DNA of 64,000 nucleotides from an uncultured Lachnospiraceae bacterium (GTDB lineage Bacteria > Bacillota > Clostridia > Lachnospirales > Lachnospiraceae), in NCBI GenBank assembly GCA_902785055.1, contig CACZXG010000003.1, positions 3,295 through 67,294 of the forward strand, read 5' to 3'. How positions within the stretch are numbered: position 1 is the stretch's first letter; every line of letters begins with the position of its first letter. Of this stretch, positions 36,724 to 46,731 are shown piece after piece. A program made the position numbers and the translations under genes. The notes under the pieces were generated by a model. The model saw only the letters and a program-made list of their open reading frames with translations. It searched no databases and was not told the DNA's origin.

Positions 36724-38289
36724 TCATTTTTCTTTTTTCTTCTTTCTCACCGCTTTGACCCGTCTCACGATCAGATACAGCACACCTGCAGCTGCCACAG
36801 CAGCCAGGAGCCATCCCCAGACCGGCATATTTTTGAGATTGTAGCACCGCACATTGATCCACATCTGGTTGATCGCTGCAGTCTGCTGCTCATCAAAGCA
36901 GGTCATGATCGAGGATCTGCGCATGACGTCGTCCGGAGGATAAGCCGCGTAGAGCTGTCTCTCCAGCATCTCCACAGGCGCTTCGATCACATATTCTCCC
37001 TTGGCCCCTTCCTCGTCAAAAAAGTACCCGAGATCATATTCCTGTGTCTCTTCAGCGTCGTCTTCCGCGCTGTAGTTGTAATCCGCGTACTCAAATACCG
37101 TGGGATCGTCGCCTCCCGAAATGACCGAGGTATAGCCGATGTAATACATATTGCGGACGGCATTGTCGGGCCTTGAACAGAAGTTGATAAAGGCCTCCGC
37201 CGCCTTCTGCTTGTCGGCGTTGTCCCTGATCCCGTTCTTAAGCATCACCCATCCGTCGAAATAGATATTCGTGCTCTCCACAGGGACTGCGAAAGCGAGG
37301 TCGAAATCGTCCTCCGCCGCCTGATCGAGCGAATACACGCCGTCTCCGGACCACTGGTAGTTAGCGACAACCTTTCCTGTGATCATATCAGCTTTGCCCG
37401 AATCCGTCTCGAAGGAGTAGACATTGTCCTTGCACATCTGCAGATAGTCCTGAACCTGCGCGATCATCTCCGGCGAAGTATCATTCATCTCCTCTTCGAG
37501 TTTCTTCGCGTAATCCGGATCTGAGGTGAATTCCGGTGAAGTCAAAAGGTCTGATTTGATCGCTCCGACCGCGGCAAAATAGGAGTCTCTGACATTGTCC
37601 TTTATGGTAACCTGACGGCTGTATTTGGGATTACTAAGGATCTTCCAGGTCGAGGCCTCTTCCCTGTCGACGATCTCCGGATTATAAACGATTCCCGTCA
37701 CTCCCCACATATAGCCTGCCGCATAGCGGCTCCAGGGCTCGCCGCCGATCTCATGTTCATCAAAGATCTTTCTGATATAGGGCGAAACGCCGTTTATATA
37801 GTAGTTGTTCTCAATATCAGGATCAAAGAATTCCTCAGAAAGCGGCACTGTCTGCCCTTCTCTCATCAGCTTCATGATCATGTATTCCGAAGGGCAGACA
37901 AGATCGAACTCATCGCCCAGGGTAAGCATATTGTACAGGTCCTCATTGGTTCCGAAAGTGGAATACTCAACTTTTACCTTCACGCCGTAGTTTTCTTCGT
38001 ACCACTCCTCAAAGTCCTCGACCATGGAATTTTCACCGATGATGTCGCCGGACTCCAGTTCGATCGTCTCCTCTTCGTCCCAGTCTCCAAGGTCGATGTA
38101 CTCCTCCCAGTTGCAGACCCTGAGGACAACATCAGCCTCGTCCCTGCCGGCCGCCAGCGCGTCCGCGGGTACTGCAAGGAATACTCCGGCGATCGTTGTC
38201 ACAGTGACAGCCGCTGCAGCTGCGGCGGCGGACAGAGTTCTGAAAACTCTTTTGGTGGAAAGCATGCCGTTTCCGTTATTCTTTTGCAT
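36724..38289 (-). CDS. potD: Spermidine/putrescine-binding protein (PotD-like) with C-terminal TM anchor
   Basis: NWEEYID, FDLVCPSEYM, YMWG..GIVYN, WSGD. Confidence 0.8.
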   Translation of the reverse strand: MQKNNGNGMLSTKRVFRTLSAAAAAAAVTVTTIAGVFLAVPADALAAGRDEADVVLRVCNWEEYIDLGDWDEEETIELESGDIIGENSMVEDFEEWYEENYGVKVKVEYSTFGTNEDLYNMLTLGDEFDLVCPSEYMIMKLMREGQTVPLSEEFFDPDIENNYYINGVSPYIRKIFDEHEIGGEPWSRYAAGYMWGVTGIVYNPEIVDREEASTWKILSNPKYSRQVTIKDNVRDSYFAAVGAIKSDLLTSPEFTSDPDYAKKLEEEMNDTSPEMIAQVQDYLQMCKDNVYSFETDSGKADMITGKVVANYQWSGDGVYSLDQAAEDDFDLAFAVPVESTNIYFDGWVMLKNGIRDNADKQKAAEAFINFCSRPDNAVRNMYYIGYTSVISGGDDPTVFEYADYNYSAEDDAEETQEYDLGYFFDEEGAKGEYVIEAPVEMLERQLYAAYPPDDVMRRSSIMTCFDEQQTAAINQMWINVRCYNLKNMPVWGWLLAAVAAAGVLYLIVRRVKAVRKKKKEK

Positions 38290-39079
38290 GGCTTCCTCCT
38301 TCCTTCTGCAGAGCTCTGACATTCATTCCTATGACGATCAGTACTACGACGGCAAAGATCACGGTTGAGAGCGCCCAGAGAGCGGTCTTGATCGTCGTCT
38401 GGGATCCCTTGGTCGCGTTGACTACATAAGTACTGATCGTGTCAAACATCGCGGGCTTTGTATAAGTGGAGATAAAATAGTCATCCAGTGACAATGTGAT
38501 CGCCAGCGCGAAGCCGGAGATAATGCCGGGCACGATCTGCGGGATCACTATCTCAAACAGAGCGGTGAGCGGCGTTGCGCCAAGATCCAGCGCAGCCTCG
38601 TAGATGCTCGAATCCATCTGCTTGATCTTGGGCATGACGGACAAGAACACAAAAGGCGCGCACAATGTCACATGGCCGGCCACCAGAGGTATAAATGTAT
38701 CCTTGCTGATGTGGAAGACTACTACCAGCAGGATGCAGATAGAGAAACCGGTCACAACATCCGCGTTGACCACAGGCACCTGGTTAAGGGATGTGATCAG
38801 CGTGGAAGCTTTCTTTCCGGAATAAAAGGCTCCGATAGCTCCCAGTGTTCCCAGGATCGTCGCGAGAAAAGCGGATCCCAGCGCCAGAAACAGTGTTCCG
38901 CGGATCATATCCGTCAGTTCCGGTGTCGTGAACAGCGTCACATAATTCTGCAGGGAGAATCCCCTGATCGCGCCGATTTGTGTAGCGCTTGTAAAGCTGA
39001 ACACCGCCAGGATCAGGATCGGGAGATAGATGAACAGCAGCATGACGATAAGGTATGCACGTTTCAATATTTTGACCAT
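38276..39079 (-). CDS. potC: Spermidine/putrescine ABC permease
   Basis: YLPI, EAALDLGA, LSLDD. Confidence 0.88.
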   Translation of the reverse strand: MVKILKRAYLIVMLLFIYLPILILAVFSFTSATQIGAIRGFSLQNYVTLFTTPELTDMIRGTLFLALGSAFLATILGTLGAIGAFYSGKKASTLITSLNQVPVVNADVVTGFSICILLVVVFHISKDTFIPLVAGHVTLCAPFVFLSVMPKIKQMDSSIYEAALDLGATPLTALFEIVIPQIVPGIISGFALAITLSLDDYFISTYTKPAMFDTISTYVVNATKGSQTTIKTALWALSTVIFAVVVLIVIGMNVRALQKEGGSHAKE

Positions 39080-39864
39080 TACAGCAGCGCTCCTCCTCTC
39101 TCATTTTCTTCACCCGATTCCGTCGTGAGCAGGGTGAAAAGGCAGATGATCGCCAGAAGGATCAGCGCGATCATGGAACCTCCGTGCCAGTTGTAGGCGG
39201 AGAAATAGCTTCCGATGAGGCTGCCCATGATATAGGTGCTGTTGTACAGCATATCCAGGACGACATAGTTAGTCATAGCCGGCAGGAAGACCATGGAAAC
39301 GCCGCTGACAATGCCGGGGACCGACAGGGGCAGCGTCACCTGTAGGAATGTATGCAGGTCATCCGCGCCCAGATCCATAGCCGCTTCGCGCAGCGCGCCG
39401 TCCAGTTTGGAAAGCGTTGTGTAGATCGGAAGGATCATAAAGGGCAGAAAATCATATGTGATGCCGACTACCGCATTCGTGAAAGGGTACCTGGCCAGAT
39501 TTCCTTCAATCAGTGTCAGCACTTCCTTGAGCGCGGTGATCCGCAGCGAGAAGTTGATCCACATAGGCAGTACGAAGACCATGATGATCACGGACTTCGT
39601 CCTGAGTTCGCTCATCGCCAGGATATACGCGATGGGATAAGCCAGCAGAAGGCACACGACTGTCGTCACAAACGCGATCGCAAGACTGTAAAACAGAGTG
39701 CCCAGTGTGTTGGGATCCGTGAAAAAGCCCGTCAGATTCTGTAGTGTGAACTGTCCCTGTCCGTTCGTAAAAGCGTAGATCACAATAACGATCAGAGGCG
39801 CCACTACGAAAAGCAGCAGAAAGACGGCATATGGAATTCCCAGATTCTTTCTTGAAAATCTCAA
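39079..39864 (-). CDS. potB: Spermidine/putrescine ABC permease
   Basis: LPMWIN...R, LPFMILPIY, EAA.DLGA. Confidence 0.88.
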   Translation of the reverse strand: MRFSRKNLGIPYAVFLLLFVVAPLIVIVIYAFTNGQGQFTLQNLTGFFTDPNTLGTLFYSLAIAFVTTVVCLLLAYPIAYILAMSELRTKSVIIMVFVLPMWINFSLRITALKEVLTLIEGNLARYPFTNAVVGITYDFLPFMILPIYTTLSKLDGALREAAMDLGADDLHTFLQVTLPLSVPGIVSGVSMVFLPAMTNYVVLDMLYNSTYIMGSLIGSYFSAYNWHGGSMIALILLAIICLFTLLTTESGEENERGGALL

Positions 39865-39887
39865 TGTTATTCCTCCCTGTCTCTGTT

Positions 39888-41345
39888 TTACTTCTTCTTG
39901 ATCGTGAAGGTCATCTTATCAATAGGCATCAGGAGACTGACGCTGTCTCCGAGGTTCCACAGATACTCGTCGTTGACAACGAAATCCTGCTCCAGCTCCG
40001 TGTGGATGACATAACTGTAGTGGTCGCCCTTGTAGATGAGGTTGCTGATGGTGCCCTTTACGAGACCCGCGTCCTGGTCGTCCGTCATCTGGATATCGCT
40101 GGGGCCGATCGCTACCTGAATGCGCACGCGGGCCGGATCGATGGCTTCTCCGCTGGCATCCTGCAGCGTTCCGTCTTCTCTTCTGGAACTGCCCTTGATG
40201 ATCCTGGTCACGCTGGTATCGAGAAGATGTCCGTTGTACTCAAGTTTGAAATCCTTGTTGATGTCGGCGAAGAAGAAGTTAGTGTGGTCCTCCGCGAGCA
40301 TGATGTGGATGTTGTCAGGCTCAACGCGGATTCCGACATGGTCTCCCACCTTTGCGGAGTGAACAGTCTGGCTCACGATCTCGTTCTTACCGGAGAGCAC
40401 GGCGATCTCATAGTGCATTCCCTTAAAGATCACGGACTCCACAACGCCCTGGATCACACCGAGTTCGGGCTTTGTCAGTTCCACGTCCTCGGGCCTTACG
40501 ACCGCTGTGATGTGGGTACCCTCTTCGTAATCATCTACGCATTCAAACTCGCCTCCGCAGAATCTCGCGCGGAGTTTTCCTGTCATCATTCCGTTGAAAA
40601 TATTGCTCTCTCCGATAAAGTCGGCAACAAAAGCGTTCTTCGGCTCGTTGTAGATATCCTCGGGCGTACCGATCTGCTGGATCTTGCCCTCGTTCATGAC
40701 GACGATCTTGTCGGACATCGTCAGCGCCTCTTCCTGGTCATGAGTGACGTAGATAAAGGTGATGCCCAGTTTATCATGCATATCCTTGAGCTCGATCTGC
40801 ATCTCCTTGCGCATCTTGAGATCCAGCGCGCCCAGGGGCTCATCGAGGAGCAGGATCTCGGGCTCGTTTACCAGCGCGCGGGCAATGGCGATACGCTGCT
40901 GCTGGCCGCCGGAAAGCGTGCTGACGCTTCTCTCCTCAAAACCTTCCAGATCCACCAGATCCAGGACTCTGCGCACCTTGCGCCCGATCACGTCCTTGGG
41001 GGTCTTTTTCTGTTTAAGCCCGAAGGCGATGTTATTGTAAATATTCATATGGGGAAACAGAGCATATCTCTGAAAGACCGTGTTTACAGGCCTTTTATAC
41101 GGCGGAAGATCCTGAATCGATTTTCCGTTCAGCAGTATCTCCCCCGATGAAGGCATCAAAAATCCCGCGATCATGCGCAGTGTCGTCGTCTTGCCGCAGC
41201 CGGAAGGTCCAAGGAGCGTAACAAATTCTCCCCTCTTGACTTCCAAATTGAAGTTGTCTACTGCCGTATAACCGTCCTCGTAGACCTTGGTGATCCCGCG
41301 CAGTTCAATAATGTTTGTGTTGTTCTCCATTCCCTTGTTCTCCAT
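39888..41345 (-). CDS. potA: Spermidine/putrescine ABC ATPase with extended TOBE region
   Basis: [35 protein letters not shown]. Confidence 0.92.
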   Translation of the reverse strand: MENKGMENNTNIIELRGITKVYEDGYTAVDNFNLEVKRGEFVTLLGPSGCGKTTTLRMIAGFLMPSSGEILLNGKSIQDLPPYKRPVNTVFQRYALFPHMNIYNNIAFGLKQKKTPKDVIGRKVRRVLDLVDLEGFEERSVSTLSGGQQQRIAIARALVNEPEILLLDEPLGALDLKMRKEMQIELKDMHDKLGITFIYVTHDQEEALTMSDKIVVMNEGKIQQIGTPEDIYNEPKNAFVADFIGESNIFNGMMTGKLRARFCGGEFECVDDYEEGTHITAVVRPEDVELTKPELGVIQGVVESVIFKGMHYEIAVLSGKNEIVSQTVHSAKVGDHVGIRVEPDNIHIMLAEDHTNFFFADINKDFKLEYNGHLLDTSVTRIIKGSSRREDGTLQDASGEAIDPARVRIQVAIGPSDIQMTDDQDAGLVKGTISNLIYKGDHYSYVIHTELEQDFVVNDEYLWNLGDSVSLLMPIDKMTFTIKKK

Positions 41346-41382
41346 ATGCGTTGGTTTTTGTTTGCAGTGATTGCTGTTTTAA

Positions 41383-41937
41383 TTAAAATTCCGGGGGCGT
41401 ACTGATCCATAGGTATTTGGCGGGCCTGCTGCCCGGATTTTCGATCCGGTGCTTCTGCGACGCCTGATAGTAGAAGCTCTCGCCGGATTTAATGTGATAC
41501 ACCTTGTCGCCGAGCCACAGATTCAGCCTCCCGCTCATCAGATAGCCGAACTCCTCACCGTTGTGCGGCTTGTCCTCCTCAAGGGAGGAGTGCGGCTGGA
41601 TCACCACCAGAAGCGGTTCCATCTGAAACCTCTGCGCAGTGGGCACGATCCACTGTCTGCTGTTGCCCTGCTCGTCCAGCTTTTCAAAATATTCCTTTTC
41701 CGTGAAAACGACCTGCTCTTCTTCATCCTTGAAGAATTCCGCAGGTGTCGTTCCCAGACACTCGATCAGGTCCATCAGCGTCACTACAGAAGCGGAAACC
41801 TGCCCTCTCTCAAGCTGGGAAATGAATCCCTTAGTGAGTTCCGTACGGTCCGCCAGTTCCTGCTGGGTCAGCCCGTTGCGGTTGCGATGGTTCCTGATCC
41901 TTCTGCCGATATCAATGTTGATGCTGTCAGTATCCAT
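41383..41937 (-). CDS. XRE-family HTH-cupin regulator (PuuR-like)
   Basis: LTQQELA...TKGFISQLERG HTH; H.GEEFGY cupin. Confidence 0.9.
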   Translation of the reverse strand: MDTDSINIDIGRRIRNHRNRNGLTQQELADRTELTKGFISQLERGQVSASVVTLMDLIECLGTTPAEFFKDEEEQVVFTEKEYFEKLDEQGNSRQWIVPTAQRFQMEPLLVVIQPHSSLEEDKPHNGEEFGYLMSGRLNLWLGDKVYHIKSGESFYYQASQKHRIENPGSRPAKYLWISTPPEF

Positions 41938-42056
41938 TCTTATTGCCTTCCTCTCTGGTCCGTTCAGCGGCTTTTGTACTTGAGATTTGAGATAACGGAT
42001 AATTCCAATAATTAACTGAAAATATTCTAATGCTAAACTTTCCGGCCCGATTTAAA

Positions 42057-42084
42057 ATTATACTATTACTAAACTTTGTGTCAA
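42057..42084 (-). promoter_or_regulatory. Sigma-A promoter of the XRE-pot operon
   Basis: Minus strand TTGACA-16 bp-TATAAT. Confidence 0.7.
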
Positions 42085-42184
42085 TTATTACTTGATTTTT
42101 TCTAAAGAAATATTAATTTGACAGGTACTCTGCGGGTATTCTACAGTAGAAGAAAGGATCTTCTATGAATACGGAGGTTTTAAT

Positions 42185-42715
42185 ATGTGCAAGACTCATA
42201 CAGACAGCAGGATCTTCCTGATCGCGGACACCCACTTCGGAGATGATAATATAAGACTTTATGAAGAACGGCCGTTTCCTGATACCGACACGATGGATCT
42301 GGAAATGATCAGGCGATGGAACTCGGTCGTGGGCGATCATGACCTTGTGTATCACCTCGGCGATTTCTGCTCCGGCGGCCAGGAGCGATGCAGGGAACTA
42401 CTCTCCCGTCTGAAGGGACGCAAGTTTCTTGTGATGGGCAACCACGACTCTTATCTGTCTCCGCAGCAGTGGCGGGATCTTGGCTTTGAGGAGTGTTATG
42501 ATCTTCCGATCATATTAAAAGATTTTTTTATCCTCTCCCATACGCCTCTTTATGTCACTCGCAGCATGCCCTATGCAAATCTCTACGGTCATGTACACAG
42601 CAGTCCTACCTACCGGTCCGTCAGCAGCCGCAGTGCCTGTGTCAGCGTAGAACGCATTGATTACACTCCAGTTCTGTTGGAAACTCTGAGGAATCAAATG
42701 CGTGAAAAGGAATGA
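42185..42715 (+). CDS. Calcineurin-like metallophosphoesterase
   Basis: DTHFG, LGDF, GNHD, GHVH; GGAGG RBS. Confidence 0.9.
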   Translation: MCKTHTDSRIFLIADTHFGDDNIRLYEERPFPDTDTMDLEMIRRWNSVVGDHDLVYHLGDFCSGGQERCRELLSRLKGRKFLVMGNHDSYLSPQQWRDLGFEECYDLPIILKDFFILSHTPLYVTRSMPYANLYGHVHSSPTYRSVSSRSACVSVERIDYTPVLLETLRNQMREKE

Positions 42716-42774
42716 TCGTTTTTTCAGATGCAAGTTCTGACTTTTTGCACAGTTCTGATGTCTTAACTTATTTC

Positions 42775-43033
42775 CTGCCTTTTTAGTGCAGCCTGATACC
42801 TTCCAGCGGCACTTTAGCGGCAATATCAACTGTTTTGAGCATTTCTGCCCTTTTAGTGCCGCTCGATACCTTCCAGCGGCACTTTAACGGCAATATCAAC
42901 TGTTTTGAGCATTTCTGCCCTTTTAGTGCCGTTCGATACCTTCCAGCGGCACTTTAATGGCAATATCAACTGTTTTTAGCATTTCTGCCTTTTTAGTGCC
43001 GCTCGATACCTTCCAGCGGCACTAAAAAGGCAG
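42775..43033. repeat. 70-bp tandem repeat (about 3.7 copies), each with an internal hairpin
   Basis: Units start at 42781, 42851, 42921 and 42991: TTTTAGTGCCGCTCGATACCTTCCAGCGGCACT... Confidence 0.92.
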
Positions 43034-43072
43034 TCGGCTTTATTTTGAAAAAAGCCTGCTGCCACTGCACAC

Positions 43073-43116
43073 AAAAATCCCCCGGATTTGAACCAACATC
43101 AAATCCGGGGGATTTT
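43073..43116. terminator. Bidirectional intrinsic terminator
   Basis: AAAATCCCCCGGATTTGA...TCAAATCCGGGGGATTTT. Confidence 0.85.
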
Positions 43117-43117
43117 C

Positions 43118-43927
43118 TTACTGCGCTGCCGCCAGCAGCTGCTTCGTATATTCTTCCTTTGGATGATCGTAGACTTCATCCACTGTTCCCTGCTCCACAA
43201 TTCTTCCCTTTTTCATGACAAGGACTCTGTCGCAGAGCTGATACACGACGTTGAGATCGTGTGAAATGAACAGATAGCTCAGGTCCAGTTCTTCCCGCAG
43301 GTCGCGAAGAAGCTGCAGGATCTGGGCCTGGATCGTTACGTCCAGTGCGGAGACCGGCTCGTCCGCGATGATAAAGCGGGGTCTTCTGATCAGGGCTGCT
43401 GCAATGCTGACTCGCTGCCTCTGGCCGCCGGACAACTCCGAAGGCCTTGCAGTCAGAAGTTCCTGAGGAAGCTCTACTTTGGCGAGCATATCGCGGACGC
43501 GGCGCTTTCTTTCCGCCTCGTCGTATTTTCCGAATACGCGGAGTGGCTCCTCCAGCGACCACTCCACCGTGTATGCGGGGTTCAGCGAGCTGTAGGGATC
43601 CTGGAAAATGATCTGAGGACGCTTTGTGTAGTGCACTATACTTCCTTCCTCAGGCTCAAGCATTCCGAGGATCATTCTGGCCAGGGTAGACTTGCCGGTT
43701 CCGCTCTCTCCTACAAGCCCCATGATCTCGCCGTGGCGAATGTTGAAATCCACGTCGTAGAGGACCTGCTGGTACTTGCCTTTGCCGAAGAGTCCCGGTG
43801 TGCGGTACCCGCCGCTCACATGATTTACCTCGAGGACAAGCTGCTTTTGCCCTTCCGTCAAGGCTTCTGCAGGATCAGCGCCAAGCCCGGTCACCGATGT
43901 GATCGTGTTCAAAATACTGTCAGCCAT
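43118..43927 (-). CDS. Peptide/nickel ABC transporter ATPase (OppF/DppF-like)
   Basis: [27 protein letters not shown]; GGAGG before ATG at 43927. Confidence 0.88.
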   Translation of the reverse strand: MADSILNTITSVTGLGADPAEALTEGQKQLVLEVNHVSGGYRTPGLFGKGKYQQVLYDVDFNIRHGEIMGLVGESGTGKSTLARMILGMLEPEEGSIVHYTKRPQIIFQDPYSSLNPAYTVEWSLEEPLRVFGKYDEAERKRRVRDMLAKVELPQELLTARPSELSGGQRQRVSIAAALIRRPRFIIADEPVSALDVTIQAQILQLLRDLREELDLSYLFISHDLNVVYQLCDRVLVMKKGRIVEQGTVDEVYDHPKEEYTKQLLAAAQ

Positions 43928-44837
43928 TGCGCTCACCTCCCGTCTGCGCGGAATCTGCGGGCACAGTCTGCGCGGAATCCGCAGGCACAGTCTGCATGGA
44001 ATCTGCGGACGGAGCCTGCCCGGCTTCCTCCGCCTCTTCTTCCGCATGCTTTCTCGCGATCACTTTCACTCTCGCGGGAATGCACTCGATCAGGTGCTGG
44101 GTATAGGGATGCTGGGGATTAAAAAAGACATTTCGCGTCGATCCCTCCTCCACGATCACTCCCTTCTGCATGACAGCAACGCGTTTGCATAACTTTCGCA
44201 CTACGTTCAGATTGTGAGAGATGAAGAGCATGGATATCCCGTGTTTTCTGTTCAGTTTTTTCAAAAGCTCCAGGATCTGTGCCTGGATCGTCACATCCAA
44301 TGCAGTCGTGGGCTCGTCCAAAAGGAGCAGGCTTGGGCGCGCCACAATAGCCGCGGCGATCATGGATCTCTGCAGCATTCCGCCGGAGAGCTCATGGGGA
44401 TACTTGTTGTATACTGCCTCGGGGTCCGGAAGTTCCACGTCCTCAAGGGCCTGGATCGCTCTCTTTTTTCGCTCCTCGGGACTGAGATCCGTGTGAATGT
44501 CCAGGACTTCTTCCACCTGTCTGCCGACCTTCATCAGAGGGTCCATAGCGCTCATAGGCTCCTGGAAAACGACGCCGATCTTATTTCCCTGCACCTTGCG
44601 AAGGAGCGCCCTGTTTGCATGAAGCATATCTTCGCCGTCCACGAGGACGTCGCCCCTGTAATCACATTTTTTGCGGGGAAGGAGGCCGGCAATACTCATT
44701 GCTGTGACTGATTTTCCGGAGCCGGATTCGCCCACAAGGCCCAGGATCTCCCCGTCCTTAAGGGTAAAGCTCACGCCTGCCACCGCTTCTCTGTCTCTGT
44801 TATGAAACTTTACATGGAGATCTCTGACTTCAAGCAT
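43920..44837 (-). CDS. Peptide/nickel ABC transporter ATPase (OppD/DppD-like)
   Basis: [33 protein letters not shown]. Confidence 0.9.
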   Translation of the reverse strand: MLEVRDLHVKFHNRDREAVAGVSFTLKDGEILGLVGESGSGKSVTAMSIAGLLPRKKCDYRGDVLVDGEDMLHANRALLRKVQGNKIGVVFQEPMSAMDPLMKVGRQVEEVLDIHTDLSPEERKKRAIQALEDVELPDPEAVYNKYPHELSGGMLQRSMIAAAIVARPSLLLLDEPTTALDVTIQAQILELLKKLNRKHGISMLFISHNLNVVRKLCKRVAVMQKGVIVEEGSTRNVFFNPQHPYTQHLIECIPARVKVIARKHAEEEAEEAGQAPSADSMQTVPADSAQTVPADSAQTGGERNG

Positions 44838-45646
44838 CAGTTCACCTCCTTATTCATGATCTGCAAACCCTCTCCGATCAGGCTGACGCCGAACACAAGG
44901 AGCGCGATCACGCCGCCTACGCTGAGCGCGTACCAGGGCGCCGAACGGAACATTCCCTGTGCTTCGGAGAGCATATAACCCATTGATACATCCGGAGGCG
45001 TCACACCTATGCCGAGAAAGCTCATGCTGGCCTCCGCAAGGACCGCGTTGTTGAAACCGATCGTCAGCGCCGGGAGCAGCACATGAAGCGTATTGGGCAG
45101 CATGTGGATCAGAAGGATCCGCAAGTTCGACGCACCCATCAGCCTCGCGCTGATAATATAATTTACATCTCTCTGCGCTGCGAAAGCCGTCCTCATCATG
45201 CGCGCGTAACTGGGGATAAACACGATTCCCAGCGCTATGATCACGTTGTACTTGCCCGGCCCCAGAATACTGATGATGACCAGAGCAAGCAGAATGCTCG
45301 GAAATGCGGTCAGCGCGTCATTAAGGCGCATCAGCACCTCATCCACAATGCCGCCGAAATATCCGGTCACAGCTCCGACTACTGTTCCGGCCCCTGCGCC
45401 GATCATGATCGTCAGCGCTGCGATCAGCAGTGTCGTTCCCGATCCCTGCATGACACGGCTGAAAATATCGCGGCCGAATTTGTCCGTCCCGAACAGATGC
45501 GCCGCTGACGGTGCCTGAAGCTTTGCAGAGCTCATCTTGGTGGGGGGATAGGGAGTATAAAACCTGCCGATGATGATCCACAGGACAATGATGCCTGTTA
45601 TGATGCATCCGGCAATAAGATATCCGTTCAATTTCTTCTTCATCAT
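44837..45646 (-). CDS. Peptide/nickel ABC permease (OppC/DppC-like)
   Basis: HLFGTD.FGRD.FSR, EASMSFLG. Confidence 0.9.
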   Translation of the reverse strand: MMKKKLNGYLIAGCIITGIIVLWIIIGRFYTPYPPTKMSSAKLQAPSAAHLFGTDKFGRDIFSRVMQGSGTTLLIAALTIMIGAGAGTVVGAVTGYFGGIVDEVLMRLNDALTAFPSILLALVIISILGPGKYNVIIALGIVFIPSYARMMRTAFAAQRDVNYIISARLMGASNLRILLIHMLPNTLHVLLPALTIGFNNAVLAEASMSFLGIGVTPPDVSMGYMLSEAQGMFRSAPWYALSVGGVIALLVFGVSLIGEGLQIMNKEVN

Positions 45647-46602
45647 GCGCGGCCTCCCAGTTTAAGGCGCGGATCTATCTTCTGGTTAATAAGATCCGCT
45701 ACGGTTCCCGAGAGAATGACCCAGAAGGCAAGAATGACGACCAGCGCCTCAACGACCGGATAATCTCTGTTGGAGATCGACGCCACAAGAAATCTTCCCA
45801 TACCGGGAATTCCGAATACCTGCTCTACAACGATACTGCCGCCGACGATCTCCGCCATAGTCTGGCCAAGGAATGTGATCGTCGGAACAAGGGAGTTCTT
45901 CAGGACGTGTTTTTTGAGGACTTCCACCCTGTCATTGCCTCTTGAGATCGCCGTGCGCACATAGTCCTTCTCCATCTCCTCAATGAGCGTGCTCTTGAGC
46001 ATTCGCACCGCCATAGCGATCCTCGGGATCGCTATACAGACCGCGGCAAAAAAGAGATAGCGAAGCGCCCCCATCAGATTCTTATCCATCTTCGGAAAGT
46101 CCCCGGGTGTAAAGAACTTCAGGATGATCCCGAACACATACGAGACCAGGATACTCAGAAAGAAGGCGGGAACAGCCATACACAGCTGATTGATCGACGT
46201 TCTGATCCAGTCGAAACGACTCTCGGACTTCTGGGCTGCGCGAAGTCCCAGAGGGAGCGAGAAGACAACAATGATCGCGAAGCTGATCAGGACCATTACC
46301 AAAGTCACCTTGAGTTTAGGCATGATCAGGGAAGCCACCGGCTGCCGGTAGCTGTAGGAAATCCCCAGATTTCCGGAGAAGAATCCCAACAACCAGCTGA
46401 AATACTGTACGATAAACGGCTTGTCCAGTCCCAGTTCGTGCCGCATTAGTTCAAGCTGCTTTTCTGTGGCGTTCATTCCCAGGATCGCCCGCGCGGGATC
46501 TCCCGAAATGATGTGGAAAGCTGCAAAAGCCAGAAATGATACCAGGATCATAGTAATAAAAAGTGCCAGAATTCGGCGGGCTGCATACTTCAAATTAAGC
46601 AT
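45643..46602 (-). CDS. Peptide/nickel ABC permease (OppB/DppB-like)
   Basis: GDPA, LGLDKP, DYVRTA, VEQVF.IPG.G, RDYP. Confidence 0.9.
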   Translation of the reverse strand: MLNLKYAARRILALFITMILVSFLAFAAFHIISGDPARAILGMNATEKQLELMRHELGLDKPFIVQYFSWLLGFFSGNLGISYSYRQPVASLIMPKLKVTLVMVLISFAIIVVFSLPLGLRAAQKSESRFDWIRTSINQLCMAVPAFFLSILVSYVFGIILKFFTPGDFPKMDKNLMGALRYLFFAAVCIAIPRIAMAVRMLKSTLIEEMEKDYVRTAISRGNDRVEVLKKHVLKNSLVPTITFLGQTMAEIVGGSIVVEQVFGIPGMGRFLVASISNRDYPVVEALVVILAFWVILSGTVADLINQKIDPRLKLGGRA

Positions 46603-46731
46603 CTCCTTCTATCGGATCGCTCCGATCAGCTGCCGGTTCAGGCAGCCCGAACCGGTCAAATAAAATGCGCAGCAATAAGAACGCCCTATTGCTGCGCACA
46701 TGATCGCTTAGTCAGATTCCGTTTTCTGTCA

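Noticed and set aside
42775-43033. Possible CRISPR array
   Set aside because: Inter-repeat segments are nearly identical rather than unique spacers, and there are no cas genes.
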